Assembly: GCA_963664705.1 (NCBI GenBank)
Contig: OY761556.1
Coordinates: 5,600,001-5,664,000 of the forward strand
Direction of reading: 5' to 3'
Source: Acidobacteriota bacterium
Lineage (GTDB): Bacteria; Acidobacteriota; UBA6911
DNA length: 64,000 nucleotides
Shown: piece after piece, positions 28,345-37,536 of the stretch
How positions within the stretch are numbered: the first letter of the stretch is position 1
Layout of the letters: each line of letters starts with the position of its first letter
Notes under the pieces: generated by a model
The model's input: the letters and a program-made list of their open reading frames with translations, nothing else
The model's database searches: none
Told to the model about the DNA's origin: nothing
Translations under genes and position numbers: made by a program

Positions 28345-28740
28345 CGGGCACCTTCAGTTGTAGGCTATTGGATATATGCTCCTGGTAATTATACTCTGAT
28401 CATTGAGCATACTAACTCCCGAATTATTTGATGCTGTTTGTATCAGAATTTCGTGGATATAGCCCCCAAGTCCCAAGATACGGCCATCCTGGAATGTCAC
28501 CGAACACTGAAAAGCGGCCAGGAAAGAACACTTGAAAACCGGCCACTCCGATAGCGGAGAGTCAGTATCGAATAGATCCCCTCAAAGAATCAAGACAATC
28601 GAAAATTAAGCCAGCAGGGCCTGTGGGAAATGTGGGAAAGCCGCAGGCTTTTCCAAGTCTCCGTGGGAATCCGCGCTTTCCAGCGGATTTCCATGGAGAC
28701 GGCATTTTCCATAGGCCACAACGTGATGTCGACTGGACTT

Positions 28741-29493
28741 TCATGCGTCCTCCCCGGCAGCGCGACCAGCGCGTTGGTGAAGACGAAAACTCTTTCCCTG
28801 CATCTGAATGACTTCAGCATGAGCCAGGAAGCGGTCGAGAATGGCTGTGGCCGCCGGGATGTCGCCGAGGAACTGGCCCCAATCCTGAGTGGGCCGATTT
28901 GTTGTAATCAGCGTCGATGTTCTTTCGTGACGGCGCACGAAAATCTCCAATAAATCCTCCGCGCCACTGGGACCGAGCTTCTTCATGCCGAAGTCTTCGA
29001 GGATCAGAAGATCGACTCGCGTGAGTTGATCGACAAGCAAGCGCCGTTCGCCGGTGGCTTCCGCTTCCGCAAAATCCTGAGCCAGGTCGAAGACGCTCCG
29101 AACAAGGGCTCTATGCCCCGCACGAATGGCCCCGACGGCGATAGCGATTGCGATATGGGTTTTGCCGATGCCGGGCGGTCCAATCAGCAGGACGCCCTGA
29201 TGTGAGGCAATGAAGCGAGCTGTGGCCAAATCAACGAGCTTTGCGCGAGGAATCTTGGAGTTAAAAGAGAAATCAAAATCAGAAAGCTCCTTGATCTGGA
29301 CAATGCCGGCCTGTTTGAGACGGCGAGCGAAGAGGCGGTCCGAGCGCCGAGCAAGCTCGTCCGAGACGAGGAGTTCGAGAAACTCCATGTAATCCAGAGG
29401 GGCGCTACGGGCTTGTTCAAGGCGACCAGGCAGCGCTTGAACAATGCCGGAAAGACGGAGATGCCGGAGCTGTGACAGCAGTTGCGGGTTCAT
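28741..29493 (-). CDS. istB: IS21 helper ATPase
   Basis: GPPGIGKT, LLILEDFG, TTNR, AILDR and GKSFR motifs. Confidence 0.95.
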   Translation of the reverse strand: MNPQLLSQLRHLRLSGIVQALPGRLEQARSAPLDYMEFLELLVSDELARRSDRLFARRLKQAGIVQIKELSDFDFSFNSKIPRAKLVDLATARFIASHQGVLLIGPPGIGKTHIAIAIAVGAIRAGHRALVRSVFDLAQDFAEAEATGERRLLVDQLTRVDLLILEDFGMKKLGPSGAEDLLEIFVRRHERTSTLITTNRPTQDWGQFLGDIPAATAILDRFLAHAEVIQMQGKSFRLHQRAGRAAGEDA

Positions 29494-31064
29494 AAAAAAT
29501 CCTCCAGGCGATAATCGGTTAAGGGACGAATGATGGGATGTTCGGAAAGAAGAGTTTGGACTGGCGATTTTGCCGCCTGTTGTTCAGTTAGCCGCTGCAG
29601 ATCCTTATAGCGAAACAATCGGTTGACGGTGGCCGTCCGGGCAGCCGCCAACACACGTTCGCGGGGATGCTGACGCGTCAAACCGAGGACGCCCTGAATC
29701 AGCCGTAGAGCCCGCACGCCTCGTTCTTCGATGGCTGCTTCGGCCCATTCGCGCAGTGCCGTTCCGACACGTTCGCAACGGGCGAGCAACTGGGCTGCAA
29801 AAGCCTTCTGCGAGGAAGGTGCCACCCCCGGTTCACCGGAACGGGGAGCAAACTGGCCCGGTCGCAAGCGTGTATAGACGGCGACTTGGGTTTCGTCGTG
29901 ATACAGGCGCACGAGGTTGCGATCCCAACGCACCCGGATCTTTTGTCCCAGAAGATGTAACGGTGCCGGATAAAAAGCTCCGTCGACTTCGACATGCCCA
30001 TCGGGGTGAATGGTGCGTTGCCCGGTGCGGAAGAAAGCAAACGGCTCTGTAGCGAGCGGTTGCAATGCTGCTTTCTCCGCCTCAAGAAAATGGGTAAAGA
30101 CCTGACGGCGGGTGGTGCCGTGAATCCGCAAGCGAGCGATGGTTCTATTCCAGCGCCGGAGATGCTCGTTCTGCTCGGCGAGGCTATTGAAGCGGCGACC
30201 TTTGAGAGCGTTATCTTTGACATAACCACCGCTGCGTTCCTGCTTGCCGTTCTCCTGGGGATTGCGCGGACGGGTAGGCAAAGGCGTGAAGCCCCAGTGC
30301 GTGGCAAAGGCTGCATAGATCACGTTAACGTCCGGATCATAGAGGCATGCCCGGACAACTGCTGCCTTCAGATTGTCATGCCTAATAACCTTCGGAACGC
30401 CGCCCAGATCGGTAAAGGCGTTTTCGTGCAGGCGAAGAAAGGTCTCGAGGCTTTGATCCCAGACAGCTTCTTCATAACCGTGCCGGGAGTGACACAAAGT
30501 CAAACGGAACACCCATGGACGTTTCCATTGACCGCTTGTCTCATCAAGCGTGGGAACTCCCTGGAAAAAATCAACCTGGCCTTCTTCACCAGGCGCGCTA
30601 TGAAATACCCCGACTGCGCGACGAGCCCGGGGCAGTTTCCGGATGAAACGTTTGACAGCTTCGTAGCTGTATCCGAATCCGTAGTCCTCGCCCAGATCCT
30701 GCCAGATGCGCTGAACAGACAAACCGGCGTCCAGCTTGGAGACGATCACATCGCGATAGCGGGCTGCCGAAGATCGTGGTGGGGGATCGGACCCGGCGAA
30801 CACTTTGGCCGGATTTGAATCCGAGCCGGCGGTCACTTTGGCCGGTTTTGGCGGATCGGATCCCTCAAACTCGTTGGTTTCAGTGACTGCAGGCTCCCCA
30901 GAGCCGGGGAACACTTTGGCCGCTTTTGCTTTCTGCAGGCGATCGTATCGGGAGATGGTTTCTCGCCGGACTCCCGTTTCAGCTTCTATGCGCCGGTATG
31001 TCCAACCGAGTTCAAGAAGAGCAGTAACTTGTTGCAGCTTTGGCGTTTTCAAGTAGTTCGGCAC
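29490..31064 (-). CDS. istA: IS21 DDE transposase
   Basis: PGEEGQVDF, GGVP...DNLKAAV, ENGKQE and RIHGTT motifs. Confidence 0.95.
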   Translation of the reverse strand: MPNYLKTPKLQQVTALLELGWTYRRIEAETGVRRETISRYDRLQKAKAAKVFPGSGEPAVTETNEFEGSDPPKPAKVTAGSDSNPAKVFAGSDPPPRSSAARYRDVIVSKLDAGLSVQRIWQDLGEDYGFGYSYEAVKRFIRKLPRARRAVGVFHSAPGEEGQVDFFQGVPTLDETSGQWKRPWVFRLTLCHSRHGYEEAVWDQSLETFLRLHENAFTDLGGVPKVIRHDNLKAAVVRACLYDPDVNVIYAAFATHWGFTPLPTRPRNPQENGKQERSGGYVKDNALKGRRFNSLAEQNEHLRRWNRTIARLRIHGTTRRQVFTHFLEAEKAALQPLATEPFAFFRTGQRTIHPDGHVEVDGAFYPAPLHLLGQKIRVRWDRNLVRLYHDETQVAVYTRLRPGQFAPRSGEPGVAPSSQKAFAAQLLARCERVGTALREWAEAAIEERGVRALRLIQGVLGLTRQHPRERVLAAARTATVNRLFRYKDLQRLTEQQAAKSPVQTLLSEHPIIRPLTDYRLEDFL

Positions 31065-31232
31065 CTATATCCTCCGTCGTCGAAACGACAGAGAATAGCG
31101 GAAAGCCGCTACCTGGAGTGGCCGGTTTTCAAACGTTCGGTCGTGGCCGCTTTTGGGTGTTCGCTAACACCTGGAAATTGAGATCGACGTAGAATGTAGT
31201 ATTGTGGGTGGGATTGATCCTGAAAAACCCAA

Positions 31233-31784
31233 CTAATTCTTAGTCAGCAGCATTTTCCGATTGCGTGCATTCACACGAAAACGAAAAAGGAATGCGCCGA
31301 CAATAAATAGCGTGCAAAAAGGAATGCTGATAAGTGTTGTGTGCATGGCCTGCCTCAGCGACAGACCCCCAACCACCCAAATGCAGAATACAAAAACCAA
31401 GGCAATTGCTGAAGGAAATTCATGATCGTGAGAACGGGTTGCCACATGCCAGCCGATAAAAGCGGGGAGAATATAGCCCAAAATATGAAACAAAATATTT
31501 CCTAAATGAGTATGCTCTGCAAAATACAGTTTATTACAATACGCAAATAGGCATGCCATGACGAACAATTCCAAGAATCCTGAGAGGCCAAGCCATATCA
31601 TCCTAAGCCAATGAACCTGCAAATCGCGGCATATCAGGGATACAAAGATCCGCAACAATCCGCACCAAAACCAAAAAGGGCTTCTGTTCGAGGTTTCCTC
31701 CAGCAAATCGCCTATGATTGAGGCTGCGCGACTGGACGTAGTGATCGTTTCTAAGATTCGCTCGGCTATGGTTAGCTTAAGCAT
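31233..31784 (-). CDS. Membrane protein with permease-prefix-like N-terminus, coupled to PadR
   Basis: AERIL...IIGDLLEE...WFW, then 4 TM segments; 8-nt overlap with padR. Confidence 0.7.
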   Translation of the reverse strand: MLKLTIAERILETITTSSRAASIIGDLLEETSNRSPFWFWCGLLRIFVSLICRDLQVHWLRMIWLGLSGFLELFVMACLFAYCNKLYFAEHTHLGNILFHILGYILPAFIGWHVATRSHDHEFPSAIALVFVFCIWVVGGLSLRQAMHTTLISIPFCTLFIVGAFLFRFRVNARNRKMLLTKN

Positions 31785-32112
31785 GTGAAACTCCCGGTAA
31801 TTTCAATCCTTTCAGTAATCGCTGAAAACTGCGCTGTGCGGCGGTAACGGCCTTTAAGCCTGTCGGGGTAACCATAAAATACCGTTTCGAGCGTCCGCCT
31901 CTCTGAGGTGTTGGATCTCCTGTTCGGGATTCGACTAGGCCTTTTTCCTCAAGTCGGTCTAGAGTGGTATATAGAGCGCCGGGAGCAGGTCTTCTGCCAG
32001 TACAAAGTGCTATTTCCGAGTTGATCGATACTCCGTACGCATTATCTTCCAGCCGTAATATTGCCAACAAAACGATTTGTTCAAACTCTCCCAGGGACGC
32101 ATATGGAACCAT
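31777..32112 (-). CDS. PadR family regulator (acidobacterial type)
   Basis: LGEFEQIVLLA, AYGV, GALYTTLDRLE and RGGRSKRYF motifs. Confidence 0.92.
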   Translation of the reverse strand: MVPYASLGEFEQIVLLAILRLEDNAYGVSINSEIALCTGRRPAPGALYTTLDRLEEKGLVESRTGDPTPQRGGRSKRYFMVTPTGLKAVTAAQRSFQRLLKGLKLPGVSHA

Positions 32113-32156
32113 GTCTACATTGTATGACATATCATGAATAAAAACCATAAAAGACC

Positions 32157-32193
32157 ATAAATCCTAAGAAACGGGCTTGTAGGAAACTATCCC
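32157..32193 (-). repeat. Cassette-boundary site N
   Basis: Minus strand: GGG ATAGTTTCCTACAA GCCCGT TTCTTAGGATTTAT; same spacer as site B. Confidence 0.55.
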
Positions 32194-32251
32194 GTGCCGT
32201 GGCAAACTGGTAAAGGGTATTTGAGTGAAGCCGCTATTATTGGGAGATCCG

Positions 32252-33067
32252 ATGAATAATTCTTATGTCCATGGATATGATTTCAGGGAAGGCATACGCC
32301 TGCAAGATCAGGCATCCACATTGATTGAACTCCTGCACTCTGACACTGCCTATTCTGCAGGAAGCCGTGTGCTTGAGGCTGGCTGCGGTGTGGGCGCACA
32401 GACCATCACTCTGGCGAAAAACAGTCCTGGTGCGATCTTTACGTCAATCGATATTTCGCAAGCTTCATTGGCGGCTGCAAGACAAAGGATCATGGATACG
32501 GATATTTCGAACGTGCATTTTCAGCAGGCTGATCTCTTCAACCTGGAATTTCCGCCCGAGTCTTTTGATCATGTGTTCGTCTGTTTTGTGCTGGAACATT
32601 TGTCCCGGCCAATTGCGGCACTCAAGGCTCTGAAAGGAGTTCTAAAGCCGGGGGGCACGATCGTGTCAATTGAAGGTGATCACGGATCAGCCTTCTTCTA
32701 CCCGCAGAGTGAAGCGGCGCAAGCTGCAATACGATGCCAGGTTGAGCTGCAGAAACGTGGCGGCGGCAACGCTTTAATTGGGAGAGAGCTCTACCCGCTG
32801 CTGTATGCAGCCGGTTTTCAAGAGGTTAGTATCTCTCCTCGGATGGTTTATGTTGATTCAAGCAAACCCAAGCTTGTCGATGGCTTCACGCGGAAAACCT
32901 TTACTGCAATGATAGAAGGAGTGCGCGAGCCCGCGATATTGGCCGGCATGATCAATCCACAGCTTTTTGATGCCGGAATAAGGGATCTCCATAGGACGAC
33001 GGAATCTGATGGGGTGTTCTGCTACACGTTCTTTAAGGCCTGTGGCATAAGGGCTATCCGCCAATAG
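32252..33067 (+). CDS. Class I SAM-dependent methyltransferase
   Basis: VLEAGCGVG, SFDHVF and LKPGG motifs. Confidence 0.92.
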   Translation: MNNSYVHGYDFREGIRLQDQASTLIELLHSDTAYSAGSRVLEAGCGVGAQTITLAKNSPGAIFTSIDISQASLAAARQRIMDTDISNVHFQQADLFNLEFPPESFDHVFVCFVLEHLSRPIAALKALKGVLKPGGTIVSIEGDHGSAFFYPQSEAAQAAIRCQVELQKRGGGNALIGRELYPLLYAAGFQEVSISPRMVYVDSSKPKLVDGFTRKTFTAMIEGVREPAILAGMINPQLFDAGIRDLHRTTESDGVFCYTFFKACGIRAIRQ

Positions 33068-33230
33068 CCCCCTCACTTTCCGCAAACAGGCTGTTGTTTT
33101 TGCCCGGCCGCGATGCTAACCGGCTGAGATGGTTATTTATAATGTAAATTGCAATCGCTGAAAGGAACGAGACAACCATATGGGATACTGCAAAACGGCT
33201 GCGGACCATTTGCGCGACGTCGGAATGGCG

Positions 33231-35435
33231 CTAAGCCATTTTTGCAAGGCTTGTCAGCCTCTCCCGGAGTTTTGACCATCGTCCGCGGTCCTTATTTCCG
33301 CGCACGGCTAACCCTACGGCCTTCCTTTGACCTACGAGTACTACCAGCTTCTGACCGCGTGTGATGCCGGTATAGACGAGATTTCGTTCCAGCATCATGT
33401 AGTGCTGCATCATGATTGGGATGACAATGGCGGGGTACTCAGAACCTTGGCTTTTATGAATCGTGGTGGCGTAGCAGAGCATTATTTCATCGAGTTCGCC
33501 GAAACCATAGGTCACGGTACGCCCATCGAAGTTAATCATGACCTCATTGGCGTCGGTGTCGATGGCAGTGACAAACCCAATATCTCCATTAAAGGCTTCC
33601 TTTTCGTAGTCGTTCTCCGTTTGCATCACCTTGTCGCCGACCCGATAGGTATACCCGAAGCGTTCAACCGAGGGTTGGCCGGCGCTGCCGGAATTGAGCG
33701 CCTTTTGAAGCTCGACATTCAGCGATCGAGCTCCGACGCCGCCACGTTGCATTGGGCATAGAACCTGGATGTCGCGGATCGGATCGAGACCAAATCGACG
33801 CGGAATGCGAGTCTTTACCAATTCAACGATCTTGGACATCGCATCCTCAGGTTCTGAGGCATCGATGAAATAAAAATCGGTCTCATCGTCCTTGGATAGC
33901 GTCAGTTCCGGCATGTGCCCCTTATTAACACGATGGGCATTGGTGATAATCCTGCTCTTGGCAGCTTGCCGGAAGATTTCGGTCAGGCGAGTCACTGGCA
34001 CGATCCCGGAGGCAATGATATCTGCCAGCACCTGCCCGGGACCGACTGACGGCAATTGATCCGCATCGCCGACTATAATGACTGCAGCATGGTCGGGCAC
34101 CGCCCGTAAAAGCTGAGCCATCAGGGGCACGTCCACCATGGAAGTTTCGTCAATAACGAGCAGATCTGATTCAAGCGGGAAATCGGCGGATCGCTTGAAT
34201 CCACCATTGATGGGATCGAACTCCAACATACGGTGGATAGTTTTCGCTTCAAGCCCGGTACTCTCCGATAAACGCTTTGCAGCTCTCCCGGTGGGAGCGC
34301 CCAGCGCAACCTTGATGCCTTTAGCCATGACTATCTTGAGGATGGAGTTGACGATTGTAGTTTTGCCGACTCCCGGGCCACCCGTTATCGCCAAAGCCTT
34401 AGCCTTTAATGCGATGGCTACTGCCTCCTTTTGGCTTTCGGCCAGCGAGACTCCCAACTTGTTCTCGACCCACGGTATTGCCTTGGCGGGATCAATGGTT
34501 AGCCATGGCATGGCTCCCGAAGACAGCCTGCCCAGTTTTTCCGCAACGGTTTTTTCGGCATGCCATAAATGGGGCAGAAAGATGCAGTCCTTATCCCCGA
34601 TATTGTCGGCGATCACGTTGCCTTCCTGAAGTTCCAGTGCCAGAGCATCGGGAAGAGAAGCCTTTGGGACCTCCAGGATCTGGGCGGCAAGTTCAAGCAG
34701 GCCGTCTTTGGGAAGGGCGCAGTGGCCCTCACCGATGGCTTCCATTAGTGTGTGGGATATGCCCGCCCGGACCCGAACCATCGATGTCTTTTCTATGCCC
34801 AGGCGCTCGGCAATTTCGTCAGCGGTCTTGAACCCGATACCTCGAATATCGCGTGCCAGCCGGTATGGGTTTTCCATCATCAACGGTATCGCTTCAACTC
34901 CATACGTTTTATATATCCGGACTGCCCTCGCTGTGCCAACGCCATGAGATTGGAGGAAAAGCATGATTTCCCGAATGGCCTTCTGGTCTGCCCATCCAGC
35001 GGCGATTCTCTTCGCCCGCACGGGACCGATGCCGTCAATCTCCTTCAACTTGTCGGGGGTTTGCTCGATCACTTCGAACACTGCTTCTCGAAAAGCGTCA
35101 ACTAGTTTCTTTGCATAAACCGGGCCGATGCCCTTGATCATGCCGGAACCCAGATAGCGTTCAATGCCCTCGGTCGTTGTCGGCGGGGTTACTTTGAGAA
35201 AGTCGGCTTTGAATTGAAGGCCGTGATCACGGTGATTGTCCCATCGACCGCTTGCGTGGACGAATTCACCAGGCTGAATTGACGCGGCTGAACCCACGAG
35301 CGTCACCAAATCCCGGTTGCCGCGTGTTTTGACCTGGAGGACACAAAACCCGGTTTCCGGACTGTGAAAGGTAACCCTTTCAACCAACCCTGCCAAAGAC
35401 TCTTTCTCTGATTCTGTTTGCCGGTGCTGCGTCAT
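33231..35435 (-). CDS. recD2: RecD2-like ATP-dependent helicase (SF1B)
   Basis: HhH repeats (GIGP, GIGFKTAD); GGPGVGKT, DETSMVD, GDADQLPSVG, TIHKSQGSE and YTGITR. Confidence 0.95.
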   Translation of the reverse strand: MTQHRQTESEKESLAGLVERVTFHSPETGFCVLQVKTRGNRDLVTLVGSAASIQPGEFVHASGRWDNHRDHGLQFKADFLKVTPPTTTEGIERYLGSGMIKGIGPVYAKKLVDAFREAVFEVIEQTPDKLKEIDGIGPVRAKRIAAGWADQKAIREIMLFLQSHGVGTARAVRIYKTYGVEAIPLMMENPYRLARDIRGIGFKTADEIAERLGIEKTSMVRVRAGISHTLMEAIGEGHCALPKDGLLELAAQILEVPKASLPDALALELQEGNVIADNIGDKDCIFLPHLWHAEKTVAEKLGRLSSGAMPWLTIDPAKAIPWVENKLGVSLAESQKEAVAIALKAKALAITGGPGVGKTTIVNSILKIVMAKGIKVALGAPTGRAAKRLSESTGLEAKTIHRMLEFDPINGGFKRSADFPLESDLLVIDETSMVDVPLMAQLLRAVPDHAAVIIVGDADQLPSVGPGQVLADIIASGIVPVTRLTEIFRQAAKSRIITNAHRVNKGHMPELTLSKDDETDFYFIDASEPEDAMSKIVELVKTRIPRRFGLDPIRDIQVLCPMQRGGVGARSLNVELQKALNSGSAGQPSVERFGYTYRVGDKVMQTENDYEKEAFNGDIGFVTAIDTDANEVMINFDGRTVTYGFGELDEIMLCYATTIHKSQGSEYPAIVIPIMMQHYMMLERNLVYTGITRGQKLVVLVGQRKAVGLAVRGNKDRGRWSKLRERLTSLAKMA

Positions 35436-35949
35436 AATTTCGGTGACCGCATTTTATATTTCACGCCACTGATCCTGGCCAACTTTCATCGCTTGTCGAT
35501 TTGTCGCCTGAAATTCATGGGAATTCCTATAGCCCGGGTTTCCGTAATCATTCCATGGAGTCTCCCACCCAAACTCATTACTCCGACTTATTAGAGAGCC
35601 TATAACCTGACGGTTGCAGGGAGCAATAGAATCCCATAGAAACAAATATAGCCTCTCTTGCTCTTAGCAATGCTTTTCAATTTATAAGCCGCCGGATGAA
35701 GTATCGGATCTGACTTTTGCAAACAAGCCCGCCAGCCTGCACGAAAGTTTTATTCATCGCAAATTTGGGCGGGCTGGCCACAAACCTCATGGCATAAAGC
35801 AACCGGTATATAAATCCCTTACTTTATTCCTCAATTGGTTTGCCAATAATCCAAGGTACGATCGATGATGTGGACGGATAATCGCAAAATCAACATTGTC
35901 TTAGAACGCTTGGTTCCGTTATCCTGCCATCCATCTGAGGGTTCCAATC

Positions 35950-36834
35950 ATGCATAAGTTTCTTTTTGTCCTTATCGGAATTCCATTGCTCCTGTTCTGC
36001 CGCCTCGGCAACGCCCAACCGCAGGGCATTACAATGGATATGATAAATACAACCCTGCCCCTGGAAGGAGCTCCTCCCGCTGTGCCGGGTTCCTACAAAG
36101 TTACATCGGAGATTACATTCGGCTCCCCCGGCCATGTCCTATTCCGCCCCGCCGATCTTCGCGGATTCCCTAAGAAAGATATCTTGCCAGTGCTGGTTTG
36201 GGGCAATGGGGGCTGCGCCATCGACAGCACACGTTACGAAGGATTCCTAAGCACTATCGCATCACACGGTTTCCTCGTGTTGGCTACGGCTGGCGTGGAA
36301 GGCGAAAAGCAGCGACAGGCTACGGCCCAAGACCTCCTGTCTGCCATTGACTGGGCAGAAGCCGAAAACAAACGCGAAGGGTCGCCGCTCAACGGCAAAA
36401 TTGATACGAGCCGCGTTGCGGTCATGGGCCAATCCTGCGGCGGAATGTTGTCGGTAAGACTCGGCGCAGATCCTCGTGTCGACACAATCGGAGTCTTCAA
36501 TGCCGGCGTTCAGCCTGGGAACCCCAATGCGCTTCCGCTTCTGCACGGGCCGGTGTTGTTGATTAACGGACATGAACGGGATTTCATGATGAAAACCTCG
36601 GCGGCAAACTTTGCACTAATCAATCACGTACCGGTGTTTTACGGCGCTCGCCATAATGCAGGACACACGGCAACCGTCTTCCACCCGGGCGGCGGTGAGT
36701 ATGCCAATGTGGCGGCAAACTGGCTACGGTATTTGTTCAAGGGAGATAAAGACGCGGGCAAAATGTTCGTAGGTAAGAATTGCGGGCTGTGCACCAATCC
36801 GAACTGGGATACTAACTCAAAGAAGCTCGAATAA
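35950..36834 (+). CDS. Secreted alpha/beta hydrolase (chlorophyllase/cutinase-like)
   Basis: Signal peptide; WGNGGC, ASHGF, GQSCGG and AGH. Confidence 0.8.
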   Translation: MHKFLFVLIGIPLLLFCRLGNAQPQGITMDMINTTLPLEGAPPAVPGSYKVTSEITFGSPGHVLFRPADLRGFPKKDILPVLVWGNGGCAIDSTRYEGFLSTIASHGFLVLATAGVEGEKQRQATAQDLLSAIDWAEAENKREGSPLNGKIDTSRVAVMGQSCGGMLSVRLGADPRVDTIGVFNAGVQPGNPNALPLLHGPVLLINGHERDFMMKTSAANFALINHVPVFYGARHNAGHTATVFHPGGGEYANVAANWLRYLFKGDKDAGKMFVGKNCGLCTNPNWDTNSKKLE

Positions 36835-36914
36835 AGCGGTGACAGGCGCGTTCCCGGAATCGGAAGCCTCAACCCGCAATAACCAGGATCGTGCGTTTCA
36901 GGTAGATACTCCGG

Positions 36915-37295
36915 ATGGAATATGGAACGAAGTACTTTGTTCTTGCTGAAGGGAAGATCCAGGAAATCGGGATTGAACGTCTTGCGCAACTATACCATGG
37001 CGTGGTGCCTGAATATGCCGGGCAGAAGATTCCGTATGCAACCCTGATGTTTGAACGCGTGGGCGACAAACTAAAAGACCTGCGCTACTGGCAGGGTGGC
37101 TACCTTGTCTTCGATAAACAGGGAAAGTCAGATGAGATTAGCGGGCAGACTGTTATCGAATTGTCACTGACTACTGAAAAAGATCCCAGGTCTTTCGTCG
37201 CAAAAAGAGCGGACCAGATTCGAAGAGAAAGGGCCTGGCACCCGACGGACGAACAGTTGAACCAGATGATTGCACTCGCAAGAAGGAAAAGCTAA
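36915..37295 (+). CDS. Hypothetical 126-aa protein, paralog of 17628-18008
   Basis: About half of the residues match in an ungapped alignment counted by eye. Confidence 0.8.
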   Translation: MEYGTKYFVLAEGKIQEIGIERLAQLYHGVVPEYAGQKIPYATLMFERVGDKLKDLRYWQGGYLVFDKQGKSDEISGQTVIELSLTTEKDPRSFVAKRADQIRRERAWHPTDEQLNQMIALARRKS

Positions 37296-37401
37296 GGCTA
37301 TTCCGGCCATATTGATGAAGACGGGAGTCGCATCGGTTTTGCTTCGGACGCCACTCCTATTTCAGAACTAAGCACCCCCCACAGCAAGGCTATTCTCATT
37401 A

Positions 37402-37536
37402 CATCCGCTACACCGCTACAAGTGACAATTGGCGCGGGTTTGATGGGTTGAGGATCCGCTACAGATTTGCCCAATGAGGGCAATCAGAATCCTCCGGGAG
37501 CCGCACCAGAAGCGGGTTGTAGCGGTGTAGCGGATG
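37402..37536. repeat. Perfect 20-bp inverted repeat built of CCGCTACA units; candidate replication origin
   Basis: CATCCGCTACACCGCTACAA (37402-37421) and its reverse complement (37517-37536), plus ATCCGCTACA near 37453. Confidence 0.7.

Larger units (their letters stand above)
28495..31169 (-). mobile_element. IS21-family insertion sequence with 7-bp target duplication CCTGGAA
   Basis: IRs TGTCACCGAACACTGAAAAGCGGCCA and (revcomp) TGTTAGCGAACACCCAAAAGCGGCCA; TSD at 28488-28494 and 31170-31176; contains istA-istB. Confidence 0.95.

Noticed and set aside
12071-32193. CRISPR array
   Set aside because: The repeats are degenerate, separated by whole genes (0.5-5 kb) and in both orientations; there are no cas genes.
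10850-33067. Classical integron/CALIN with attC sites
   Set aside because: No RYYYAAC...GTTRRRY hairpins follow the genes, cargo lies on both strands, and neither recombinase shows an evident IntI-specific insertion.
33066-33100. Additional array site after the methyltransferase (CACTTTCCGCAAACAGGC)
   Set aside because: Only a partial left-arm match and no right arm.
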